Positions 1 through 10,149 of a DNA stretch of 64,000 bases are shown here, in pieces (position 1 is the first letter of the stretch; every line of letters begins with the position of its first letter). Position numbers and translations under genes: made by a program. Where the stretch lies: the NCBI GenBank assembly GCA_047495785.1, contig JBLDXI010000029.1:3348001-3412000 (forward strand). The letters run 5' to 3'. Below the pieces are notes generated by a model. The model saw nothing but the letters and a program-made list of their open reading frames with translations, was not told the DNA's origin and ran no database searches. This DNA comes from Lepidodermella squamata (Eukaryota > Animalia > Gastrotricha).

Positions 1-19
1 CATATCAGCAAATGCCCTA

Positions 20-140
20 AACAGCAAACGCGACGAAACAGCAAATGCGACAAAATAGCAACTTTTTCAGCTTGCGACATAACAGCAGAAAAATGGTACG
101 AAATAACAAATTTGCTGTTTAGTCGCATTTGCTGTTTTAG
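20..140. repeat. Degenerate direct and inverted repeats of ACAGCAAATGCGAC, probably the end of a MITE/DNA transposon
   Basis: aaacagcaaatgcgac at 36-51 is reverse-complemented at 122-137, with further degenerate copies nearby; any partner end would lie outside the window. Confidence 0.45.
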
Positions 141-345
141 CGTCGTTCTTTTTTCACTCTCAGTCGTTGGAGAATTTTCTGAATATTATTTAGGTATCAC
201 AACCGCCGCCACGTTATTCGAAAGTAGCCCTTTGATATTTTCATTTATAAAATACAAAAACAATTAGAGTTCGTGAATCACATAAGGATTGTTCTTCCAC
301 TTCCGCGCATAACTACTCTCGTTGGTCTATTTTATATAAGCAGGT

Positions 346-2228
346 ATGGCCTCATCTAATAGCATGTTAACCTTACTATTTTGGGGCATTTCTATCATAC
401 CGATAGCGTATTTATTTAATTGTTTTGTTGCGGATATCGAGAGAGGTTTATCGAAGCCCTCTAAGCCGGATCGCCGTGAACCTCAATACACTGTCGATCT
501 AACAATTTTCAATCATGAAATACCAGAACATAGCGCTGAATTATGTCCAGCATATCCATTTGCCGATGGAAAAATTCCGAAAATTCTCAACAAAAATGGT
601 GAGAAATTCTAAATCATTCAAATTAAAACATTATTGGCTTATAATTTCTAAGTTAGATAATGAAAAAAACCAAGATAAATTATATTGAATCCTATTTCAA
701 TCCTAATATATTTATTGTCAATTCATCATTTTTGATAATTTATTAAATTTTGAAAATATTTTGAAAAACTTCGAATTTTCCCTAATTATATCCATTAGAA
801 TTGGAGACATTTTCTGTTCCGAGTATGGATGAAATCGAAGGTCAGAATATCGATGTCAAAATGGGCGGTCATTATTGGCCCCCTAATTGCCGCACGCTAG
901 AAAGCGTCGCCTTAATATTACCCTATCGAAATCGCGAAAAAAACCTGCGCGCTTTTCTATCAATCATGCACCCGCTGCTACAACGCCAACGCCTTCACTA
1001 CGCCATTATCATCGTCGAACAGCTTGATGACGAGCCGTTCAACAGAGGCGCTTTGCTCAACCTTGGCTTCGACGTGGCGATGCGGCTCTTCAATTGGACC
1101 TGTGTCATTTTTCATGATATTGACAAGGTGCCTTATGATGAGCGGCAGGATTACGGGTGTCCGAAGCCAGGTCACGTTCGCCACATGGCCCAGTTTCAGG
1201 ACAGATTCAACGGATGGTAAATCAACCTGAAATTCATTTCAAATATTTTCGAAATTATTCTTATATTTTGAAGGATTTTATGATTTCTCGGTGTGATCTT
1301 TTTGCACAAATTATGAATCATCACTTTGCAAAAAGTGCAGCGATGATTCATAATTATTAGCTCTTGTTCACACACAGTTTATGATTCATTCACATCTCCT
1401 AATTTATTTTGAAAATTTTGAAAACTCCACAAAAATTTCATATGAAATTTTGAATTTTATGACATTATCAAATTATCGAATTTTTTAAAAATAATTTGTT
1501 CGTTTTTATCCAGGCTTTGGAGAGATGGATTTTTCGGTGGAGTGAACGCTATTCGATCCGATGATGTTCGGCGCATGAATGGCTTCAGCAATATTTATTT
1601 CGGCTACGGTTTCGAAGACGATGAAATGCTGGCTCGTTGTACGGCAGCTGGTCTCAAAATTTGTAAAAATTTTCACTTTTTCAATAAATTCCATTTTTAC
1701 GCTTCAATTATTTTCAGATAGAGAACACCCTGTTGTAGCCACGTTTGGAAATTTCGAACATTCGGACAAGCCAAATACAGCCTTCGATAAGTTGGTCGAA
1801 GCAGTTCTTAATTTAATTATATCTTTCAAATATTTTCCGCTTCAGTGAATTTCTACTGGACAGCATTGACGCTAGAATAGCTCACGATGGCCTGACGTCA
1901 CTTGGCATCTATGATTTCAACACTTCGGTCGAATTCAAGCCCCTTTACACAAGAATAACTGTTAAATTGAATGCTACATCGATGTTCAAGGTTAGGAAAA
2001 TATTTCAGGAATTTCGAATTAATTACAAATAATGTTTAATTCTAGGCATTTTTCCGAAACTTCCCTCGATTGGCGCTTTCTATCGCGTACCAGCTCAATT
2101 TAAACCGGACAGAAATTGCTGATTTTTATTACGAGAAAAATCCTATAAAATCTGAGAAATTATTCTACGGACTCATTTTTAGTACCACGTTATCAAAATT
2201 AATTTCATCATTTTTCAAATTATTCTAA
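346..2228 (+). CDS. Beta-1,4-galactosyltransferase-like (GT7 family), type II membrane protein, 6 exons
   Basis: Exons 346-598, 799-1216, 1514-1662, 1718-1790, 1846-1990, 2046-2228 join in frame via GT-AG introns. N-terminal TM; ILPYRNR, LQRQ, FNRGALLNLG, FHDID (DxD), FFGGV, NGFSN..FGYGFEDDE, DGLTSL..PLYTRITV motifs. Confidence 0.9.
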
Positions 2229-2452
2229 AAATTCTCAATAAATAAATAAAAATATTAGAAAAATATAGAAAATTCTTGATTAGTTTTTGCTGCATTGTAA
2301 GGTATTCGAGCATTTTGTTATGCGCACCCTGTAATTATTGATTATTGAGAAAAAACGTCGCCTAGCAACCATTGTGCGAAGTAGGAAAGGTGAGAATGGC
2401 TTAATCACAACCGCAGTTTATAACAACATTACAGCTATTTCCTGCTGAAAAA

Positions 2453-5047
2453 ATGCCGTCGCCTAAAATTAACCGCAAAAAATCCAACTTAGAACCTACT
2501 GGCGCTATTAAATCTGGGTCACAAACAGCCCGAGCCGCGACTTCTCTCGACAAGTACCGGTCGAATTTGCCGAATTTCGCTAGATTTATCTGCAAAATTA
2601 AACTGACGACCGAATTTGGGTTATCAAGCCATCGACTCAACGCGTTTCTTTGCTCAATCAAGCATGACACTGGCATAATTTCAGGGGTTATCACCGACTA
2701 CAGCCTGATTCGAGGCTTCAATTTGAGGAATCGAACAATTTTACTTCAAAATTCAGCGATATCGATCGATTTTGAGACTTCGAAATTCTGCCTAACCATG
2801 CGTGACGATATTTCAAATTTCATCGCCGATCAGTGGTTGAACTTCACCTTTTTCGAGCTACAGCCCAATATAGCGGCGAAATTCAAGGAGAGGGGTCTTA
2901 TATTTCCGGTGTTAATGGAACGGGAAGAACTGATGACCGGCTCGCCGGTGACCTTGTACCAATTGAGGCATAACATTGCGTATTTGGGCGACTCGAAAAT
3001 TTCAAAAATTTTCAACGATGAAACTTTAGTGACCCATCTGCCTCATAATTCGGAATCCAATGGACTTCCAGCTTTTGATAGGGTAAGAAATAAATTTAAT
3101 AATATTTCCTAAAAAATTCGAAAATAAATTGCCTTAATTTTGAAAATTTTTCAGAATATTCGAAGAATAATTGGAATTCAGCGCGATATGACAGATGTTA
3201 GTCCTAAAGCTGTAGGCGATACCGGTCCGATTCATCCAGCTTCGAAAGTGGCGAAATCAATCCTTCGAACCTTTGCAGATCGAATTTTAGCCGAAGAGGC
3301 AATCGTTTACCAAACCAAGTCAAAAACTGATGAATCATCAACAGAAAAAGATGAATCGAAATCTCAAGAAGAGGATAAATCGGATGAGATACATCAGGAT
3401 CGAAGCGTCATTTCTGAACCAATTGTAAAAGTCAAAAGACTAAAGGTGAAATTTCACATTTTAAATTCCATTTTTTTGACAAAATCTAATTTTGCTTCAT
3501 AGATGACATTTGTCAAGGTACTTTTTGTGAATTTTTGTAATTTAATTTTTGTAAGAGTTTCCACCCAATTTAATTGCACTTTTCGGAGTTGATGTTTTTG
3601 TATAGAAATTCTCGAAAAATAAATTTAAAATTATTCACAGATTATTTACTATTTTATTACTATTTTAATTTATAGCCTTCAAAATTCATCGAATTTTTCG
3701 AGGCCACGGATATCCCGGATCGTCGGACCAAATATCACATTTTACATGTCCTTCAAGGTATTTAATTCGACTTTTTTCAATTTTTTTTCCAATTTATTTC
3801 CTCCTCAGAATGCGACTTGACAGTCGATGATTTGATGCGAATGGACCCTAATCAAATGAAATCTATTCTCAAAAATATTGACCTCAGAAAGCAGGCAGTT
3901 CTATGGTTAGGAGCTGTTGAAGTCCTTCGAAAGCAACAGGTAATTTTTTTAAATTTAAAATTAAATTTTCACGAATTTTTCGAGTAGTTGGAGCGTGAAG
4001 GATTGGTTTTACAGTGGGCCTCTGAGCAGGGCAATCTACCAGCAGTTCACGGCCTTCTCAACCAGAAGCACCTCGAGCGGCCAGACCGTGATTACATAAT
4101 CGACTACCGCGACATTGGCTTCGACAACTGCACAGCCCTCGTCGACGCAGCTCAAAGCGGGCACCTATCAATAGTTCAATATTTACTGCCTAAACAGTTG
4201 GAAAATCGGACTAAAATCTTCGATTTCGATGAGCAAATCAAATCGGCCATGTTCAAGGCGGCTGAAGCTGGCCATGTCGACGTCGTTCAGTACTTGATTG
4301 AAAATGTCAAACAGCTCGACACAGTTCGAAATAAATTAGGTAAATTAAATTTCCCACGCTCAAGTCTCAAAGAAAAATTCGTGAAATCGATGTCGGTCTT
4401 TGTGATTTTCGCCTCTGCGTTAAATTACCTATCGAATGAGTATAAACTTGATTAGGTTGGACGATAATTGGGTCAAGGCTAATTTTTAAAGGTGGGTCAA
4501 GGTGGATAATGTGGAAGTGTGCGCAGTTTTTATTGCGCGCGCGCGTGATTTATTTTCACACACACACACACACACACACTTCTAATATTATTTTATTATA
4601 GGTGAATTAGCGTTACACCGTGCAAGTTTTTCCGGTCGACTGCGAGTTGTTCAATTTTTTGTCATCGACCGCCATTTCAGCCTCGAAGTGAAGGGCAAAT
4701 ACGGCTGGACGCCGTTTTTGTACGCTGCAGCTGGCGGTTCAGTCGATGTTTGCCGCTTTCTCGCCGAGCAAGGCGCGCACGTCCGGGCTCAGGATATGTC
4801 GATAAGTGGCGATTTCGCCATGCATCTAGCCGCCTACTACGGCCGGCCGGATGTCGTCAAGTACCTAGTTGAGCTGGATGGCGGCGCCGGTATGCTGACT
4901 ATGGGCAATGCGCTTGGTTTCACGCCGCTGCAGCGGGCTAAATCGCAGAATAACGCATCGACAGCGGCTCTAATTGCCGAGGCCATAGCTGCTATGCCGG
5001 CTGAGCCAAAAGAAAAAGAAATCGCTATAAAATTTACTGATTATTGA
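2453..5047 (+). CDS. Inactive trypsin-like peptidase domain + SAM-like domain + ankyrin repeats
   Basis: Exons 2453-3082, 3155-3445, 3503-3517 (15 nt), 3676-3757, 3809-3939, 3988-4339, 4602-5047 splice in frame. Ankyrin motifs are clear (TALVDAAQSGH, TPFLYAAAGG, AMHLAAYYG). The SAM-like segment LTVDDLMRMDPNQMKSIL and the protease-like N-terminus are judged by motif resemblance. Confidence 0.7.
4534..4579. repeat. Intronic (GC)n and (CA)n microsatellites
   Basis: gcgcgcgcgcg near 4535-4545 and about 11 CA units at 4557-4579. Confidence 0.9.
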
Positions 5048-5318
5048 AATTTTCAAATTTTTAATAAAATAAAAAGGTGCGTGAAAAGTTGAAGGGTCAA
5101 ATATTATAATTATTGCGATAAGTCTGAAAATGTCCGAAAATGAGGTCAAATATCAGACAGCTAATTGAAGACGAGTTAATCGAGAATCGCAATAGATTTT
5201 GAACGAGAAATAATTTTTTAAAAATGAATAACAATGCCTCATATGGATAATTGGCTGCATTAATAAGCCGATTTTTTTCGAAAATTTTCAGAATTTTTTT
5301 GTTTGATAGTTGAACATC

Positions 5319-6158
5319 ATGAGAAATTTCTGGGCTTATCTAGCTCTTTTTGCTGCCCTGGCGGGTAAACAATTTTTATCCTAATTTATATTCAAATGTT
5401 ATTCTTTTTTTCAGTTATTTGCGTTAGGGCCACTGAGAAGAATGAAGGCGATCATGCTCAGCTTCTGGAACGGCTTCAAACTCTGACGAAATCGCTGGAT
5501 GAAGCCGAGGCGAATGCAGGTGCTCGTAGCACAAATCTGCTTCAAATGGTGAAAAGGCCGAAACAACGCGGGCTCACTGGACCTACCGGACCCCCGGGAC
5601 CCTTTGGACCAACTGGACCTACTGGACCCTCTGGCTTACCTGGATTGAACGGCGTACCAGGTACCCATAATGATATTTTTCAAATTTCCAGCAAAGTCTC
5701 AAAATTTTAAGGATCCGATTTTGTAATTTTTCAAATTTGGTACAATTTCTATTTTTTAATTCATTAAATTAAAAATAAATTCAATTAAAAAGTTAAAAAA
5801 TTAATAATTCAATTTCAATTTTTTCTAAAATTTTTTAAAATTTCAGAATTAATTTTTTTGAAATTTCATTTCGATGTGAATTTCAGGTGATACTGGACCT
5901 GTTGGACCACCTGGACCTCCCTTGGTTGGCGCCCCTGGTGGTCTTGGTACTACCGGCCCCACCGGACCAACGGGTCAAACCGGCCCTGTTGGCGCACCCG
6001 GAACACCCGGCGAACCCGGCTACGACTGCGAGCACGAGATCAAAGAAATTCGCCGCCAAATTAAAGCTATCCTCGAATGTATCGCCGAACTGTCTCACAA
6101 AAAGAAGAAGCACCACATGGGCGCTGAACAGCCAGATGACCTGAAGCTTAAATTCTAA
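5319..6158 (+). CDS. Short secreted collagen-like protein with flanking coiled-coil segments, 3 exons
   Basis: Signal peptide [21 protein letters not shown]; exons 5319-5364, 5415-5661, 5887-6158; Gly-X-Y repeats ([18 protein letters not shown]...) with one interruption; C-terminal helix [18 protein letters not shown]; AATAAA downstream. Confidence 0.85.
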
Positions 6159-6172
6159 CGACCTCGATGTAT

Positions 6173-6186
6173 AATAAATATTTATT
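6173..6186. promoter_or_regulatory. Palindromic bidirectional poly(A) signal AATAAATATTTATT
   Basis: Perfect palindrome carrying AATAAA on both strands, between the convergent stops at 6158 (+) and 6239 (-). Confidence 0.5.
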
Positions 6187-6238
6187 TGAAATAAAATTGA
6201 TTGATGATCAATAAAATTTTGGCGCAATGTGTTTTGTG

Positions 6239-6657
6239 TCACCCTATTCTCGCGCCGTCAGTCCGGCATATTCTAGCGACGATAGGTATAGCTCGAGCTG
6301 CTGGGCCGCCGAATTTTTCGAAGCATCTATCCATTTTTCGCTCGGCTTGATCGCGATAGGCGATTTCGAACGCTTTCGACAACCAAATTTTCAATTCTTC
6401 CTTTCGCTGAGAAGAGACGCGTGGCGGGGGGTTTCGACCTTGAACTGAGAAAGTTAAAATAAAATAAAAAAATTAAGAAAAATTGCGAAATTTTGAAATT
6501 AAAATTAATAATTTTTCAGTCAAATTTTATTATTATTTTTAAACACCCTACCTGCGTTATCAGTGATAATTGGAGATAAGATTGAAGAAAAGATCGGGGC
6601 GATAAATGCGACTAATAGCAGGAGCGAAACGTTCGAAATATATGTTATTTTTGCCAT
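6239..6657 (-). CDS. Small secreted prepropeptide (103 aa), candidate neuropeptide/hormone precursor; not in the ORF track
   Basis: Exons 6657-6552 and 6444-6239 give MAKITYISNVSLLLLVAFIAPIFSSILSPIITDNAVQGRNPPPRVSSQRKEELKIWLSKAFEIAYRDQAERKMDRCFEKFGGPAARAIPIVARICRTDGARIG*. Signal peptide, two RK sites, a Cys pair and a terminal Gly. Confidence 0.7.
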
Positions 6658-7197
6658 AATTTGTAAAATTTTTCCACAAAAAAATTCAAAGCTATTATGA
6701 AATTAAACCGCACGCATCACTTAGCGTGGGGGACTGAATGTGCGGGATTAGTGGGAATCGAGAGTCGCTTTAAAATATTAAAGCCAGCTTAAAATCGAGG
6801 GATTTTACTTATATCGCGATAGAAATAAATTATTGTAACTCCCACGCTTACTTCCGTTTCGCCTCACTTGCCGAGTTGAAATATTGCTCTTTTGTTTAAT
6901 AATGCGTAATGCGTGGAGTGGAAATTATACATATATCCAGAGCTAAAAATATATAATCTGAAATTTCTATCAGAATTTTTGTACGATTTTAAAAGCGTTC
7001 GCATTTCAAAATGTTACGACAGTTTTTAATAAAACGACCTAATTTTATCGCAATTTTTTTAATGAGCGTGATGAATAAAATCTAACGACATTTTTTGCCT
7101 GATATTTTGGACAATAGGAATATCGAGAATATCAGTAGAATCGAATTTTGAAAATTCAGTCAGCTCAAATTTGAAATGACCGTTGATATCCGTGAGT

Positions 7198-8763
7198 CAT
7201 AGACAATGATGGTACAGATCGGACACTCACGCACTTCGCATTGAAACACTAATTATGCGTGGATCGGCCATTATAAATCCGGCCGAAAAGTCGTTGTTCT
7301 CCTAAATTCTTGAAAAAAATATCGAAAAATCGGGCATTTTTTTACGGTAATAATGATCCAAGTCCCGTAGTGCGGTTCGATTTCGTTGCCGAGAAAATCA
7401 ATATCGAAAAATCGATTACTCACACTCTGTATTGTTGTGTTGCGTCATCGCGTGCCATGCTCACTCAATAAAAATAAGCATTCGAAAAATGTAAAGTTGT
7501 TGTGTGCATGTGTCATTAAAGTCAGCACTTCAGAGGAATTTTTTAAGGACGATTTCTTGAAATCTATTTCCTACCCATTTTTATTGAGTTTCATTTGTTG
7601 CGACGATAGCAGCCAAAAGGTGAGTGATGATCCTCCTTAAATTGTGCTCATTTTTATTTTTTTTCCAAAATATTGAAACCGATAAAAATATTTAGTATAG
7701 GCTGCAAAATTGTGAAAGAAATTTGAAGTAGGTTTTATTATAAATCTATGAAACAAAATCTCATTTATTGGAAAATAATTCGAAAATTGATTAAATTCAA
7801 TTTAAAATTTAAAAATTGATTTTTCCATAATTTTTTTGAATTTTTCGATATTTTTTATTCAGACCAAGGTTGATTTTGCCTCGATAATTGAGACTTTATT
7901 TTCTTCTAGGTTGCTGAGCTTCATGATTTAACTGAATGGGACGAACTTGAAGCTGAAGACGAGTTACTGCAAAGAGGAATGGAGTACGAAGCAACGCTCC
8001 CCCTAATTGGGGAAGAAATTATTGCCAACATTGGTGGATTTTGCGTCAAAAAACTTCTAACTGACAAGCTGAAATGCCCCGGCTGCATCGATTCCCTGAC
8101 ACGCGATTTCCTTCTGACTCCATGCCGTGTGATAAAGGGCTTCAGTTTCCGAAAACAAGACGGGAAATTATGGTAATAAACATTTTGCTTGGAATTCGCT
8201 ATCTAAAAGTTGTACGATTTCAGTCTCACTCGCCCGTCATTGACGGTATATCGAATCGTGAAATCAAGCTCAAAATGGGGCAGGTGGCTATGAAGCAACC
8301 GACGAAAAGCCGTAAAGCGGCTCAAAACCAAAACACGTGAATGAAAAATGAAAAACGCTTCAATTTTTTTCTATTTTGATATCTATCTACTATTTTTCGA
8401 TCAACTTAAATTAAAGCTGAAAAATAGCAATAAAAATGGAGTATGCCACAGATGTTCGTTTTTCGTAACAATCAAATTTTGAGTGGCGCTAAAAAAAACT
8501 TGAAAATAGACTTAACAACTGACAAAAATCGCTACAATCTTTTTTCCTAATTTAAAAATCATAGGGAAGGAACCGCACCTCGAAGTTTGCATCACTAGCA
8601 TCCTTGAAAGATGTGGAATTTTTAGGTCCAAGTTTCAAAAAATTCCGAGGCCTACGACTATTTACACCTTTTAAATCAATGCATTCAATTTAGTGTGCAA
8701 ATTTATGGTTTAACGTAAACAGGCAAGTGCGTGAGTGTCCGATCTGTTACATCATTGTCTATG
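7198..8763 (+). mobile_element. Internally deleted P-superfamily DNA transposon
   Basis: 39-bp TIRs starting CATAGACAATGATG (7198-7236 / 8725-8763, 2 mismatches); perfect 8-bp TSD CCGTGAGT (7190-7197, 8764-8771); internal exon 7910-8173 encodes IANIGGFCVKKLL..KCPGCIDSL, followed by LTRPSLTVYRIV, resembling the P/THAP9 transposase C-terminus. Confidence 0.88.
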
Positions 8764-8790
8764 CCGTGAGTCGACTGCGCATAAAAAATA

Positions 8791-9263
8791 CGGTGTGGCT
8801 ATTGGCACATAATTATGTGCCTCTTATTGGCTATTGGCACATACATTATGTGCCCCTTAATGGCTATTGGCACATAAAATTTTTCTTTCAACTGCTTTTT
8901 TCGGGAGTTTAATTCCTAGCTACCAGCATTTCAACTTTGAATTAGCAATCTAGGGGTGGCGAATTCACTGGAATCGTCGGATTTCACGTAGCTGTGCGAC
9001 AGACCTCAGATACTCTACTTGGGCTATCCATTAGATGACGGATACCCCAATTTGCGGGCCCTTAACTGCAATTTCGATATCGCCATTCGATTCCCCGTTG
9101 ACGAAACCCCTGGTATCAATACTCTTGGAACAATTCGATGCGTGATTTTCTAAAACATCGAAATTTTAAATTAGCGTCATGTGCCAATAGCCATTAAGGG
9201 GCACATAATGTATGTGCCAATAGCCAATAAGAGGCACATAATTATGTGCCAATAGCAACACCC
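8791..9263. mobile_element. Mutator/MULE-like MITE
   Basis: ~85-bp TIRs (8791-8875 / 9179-9263) built from repeated TGGCTATTGGCACATA units; 9-bp TSD TAAAAAATA (8782-8790, 9264-9272); no ORF. Confidence 0.85.
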
Positions 9264-10149
9264 TAAAAAATAACATCAGAATTTATTGCGCGACGAGTTA
9301 TTAATTGATGCAATAAAAACTCATTTTTTAAGCGCGCATTTTTCGCGATTTTCACCCGTAAACTTTGAAGCCCATTTTCTCAACGACCCTGGTGACTATC
9401 AACTATCAACCTATGTTTGATATCGTTCGATTCCTCGTTAAGTGATCTTGAAAGCGGCATCAAAATCCCAAAATGAAAAACTTTTCACCCAAGCTCGTTA
9501 ACGGTCAAATCTGGTGCAAACCATATAGGATCCCTTGCTCCTTGCTGGATTTTAGGCCCAAGTACATTTCACATTTACCTCTCGATAAAATGTGTCTCAT
9601 TATTACAAGTATTTTGCGTAATTATCGGTCAGCTTACGAGTCATACTTCAGCCTGCAGAGCCGATATCGATTCCGAGTATCGATTTTACAAATCTGTGAT
9701 TTTTCCGATATCAGCAGTATAGGAAGCCAAAATTTTAAATATTATTTATTCACACTTCAGTGAAAGAGAAAAAATTGTCAAAATGCTTAAATCTTGATCA
9801 AGTTTTGAAATCATCAAAAATACCTAATAATTCCTGATAATAATCGTTATTTTGAACTCGTTTTTATATGAGCCGCGTATGAGAGATTCGAAAATTGGAA
9901 CGAGTCGAGTCTATCAATTGTTCTTGGTACCAAAACGTAACACCAAGCAACACCAGGTTCTGATTGCAAGCAGTGCGGAAAAAAGCAGATAAATCTCGAA
10001 AAAACATACGGCAATTCACACCTGCAACTATTATGATAAGTGCAATTATCACACCTTAAACGCTCGAAAATAATGATGAAAAATTAACGAATCACAAAAC
10101 GATAGGGCGCCTTACATTCACTCGCACAGTTTTTTCCGATGCGAGAAAA

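Noticed and set aside
1309-1355. 14-bp-arm intronic hairpin
   Set aside because: AT-rich and short, with no RNA-gene features; probably an old repeat fragment.
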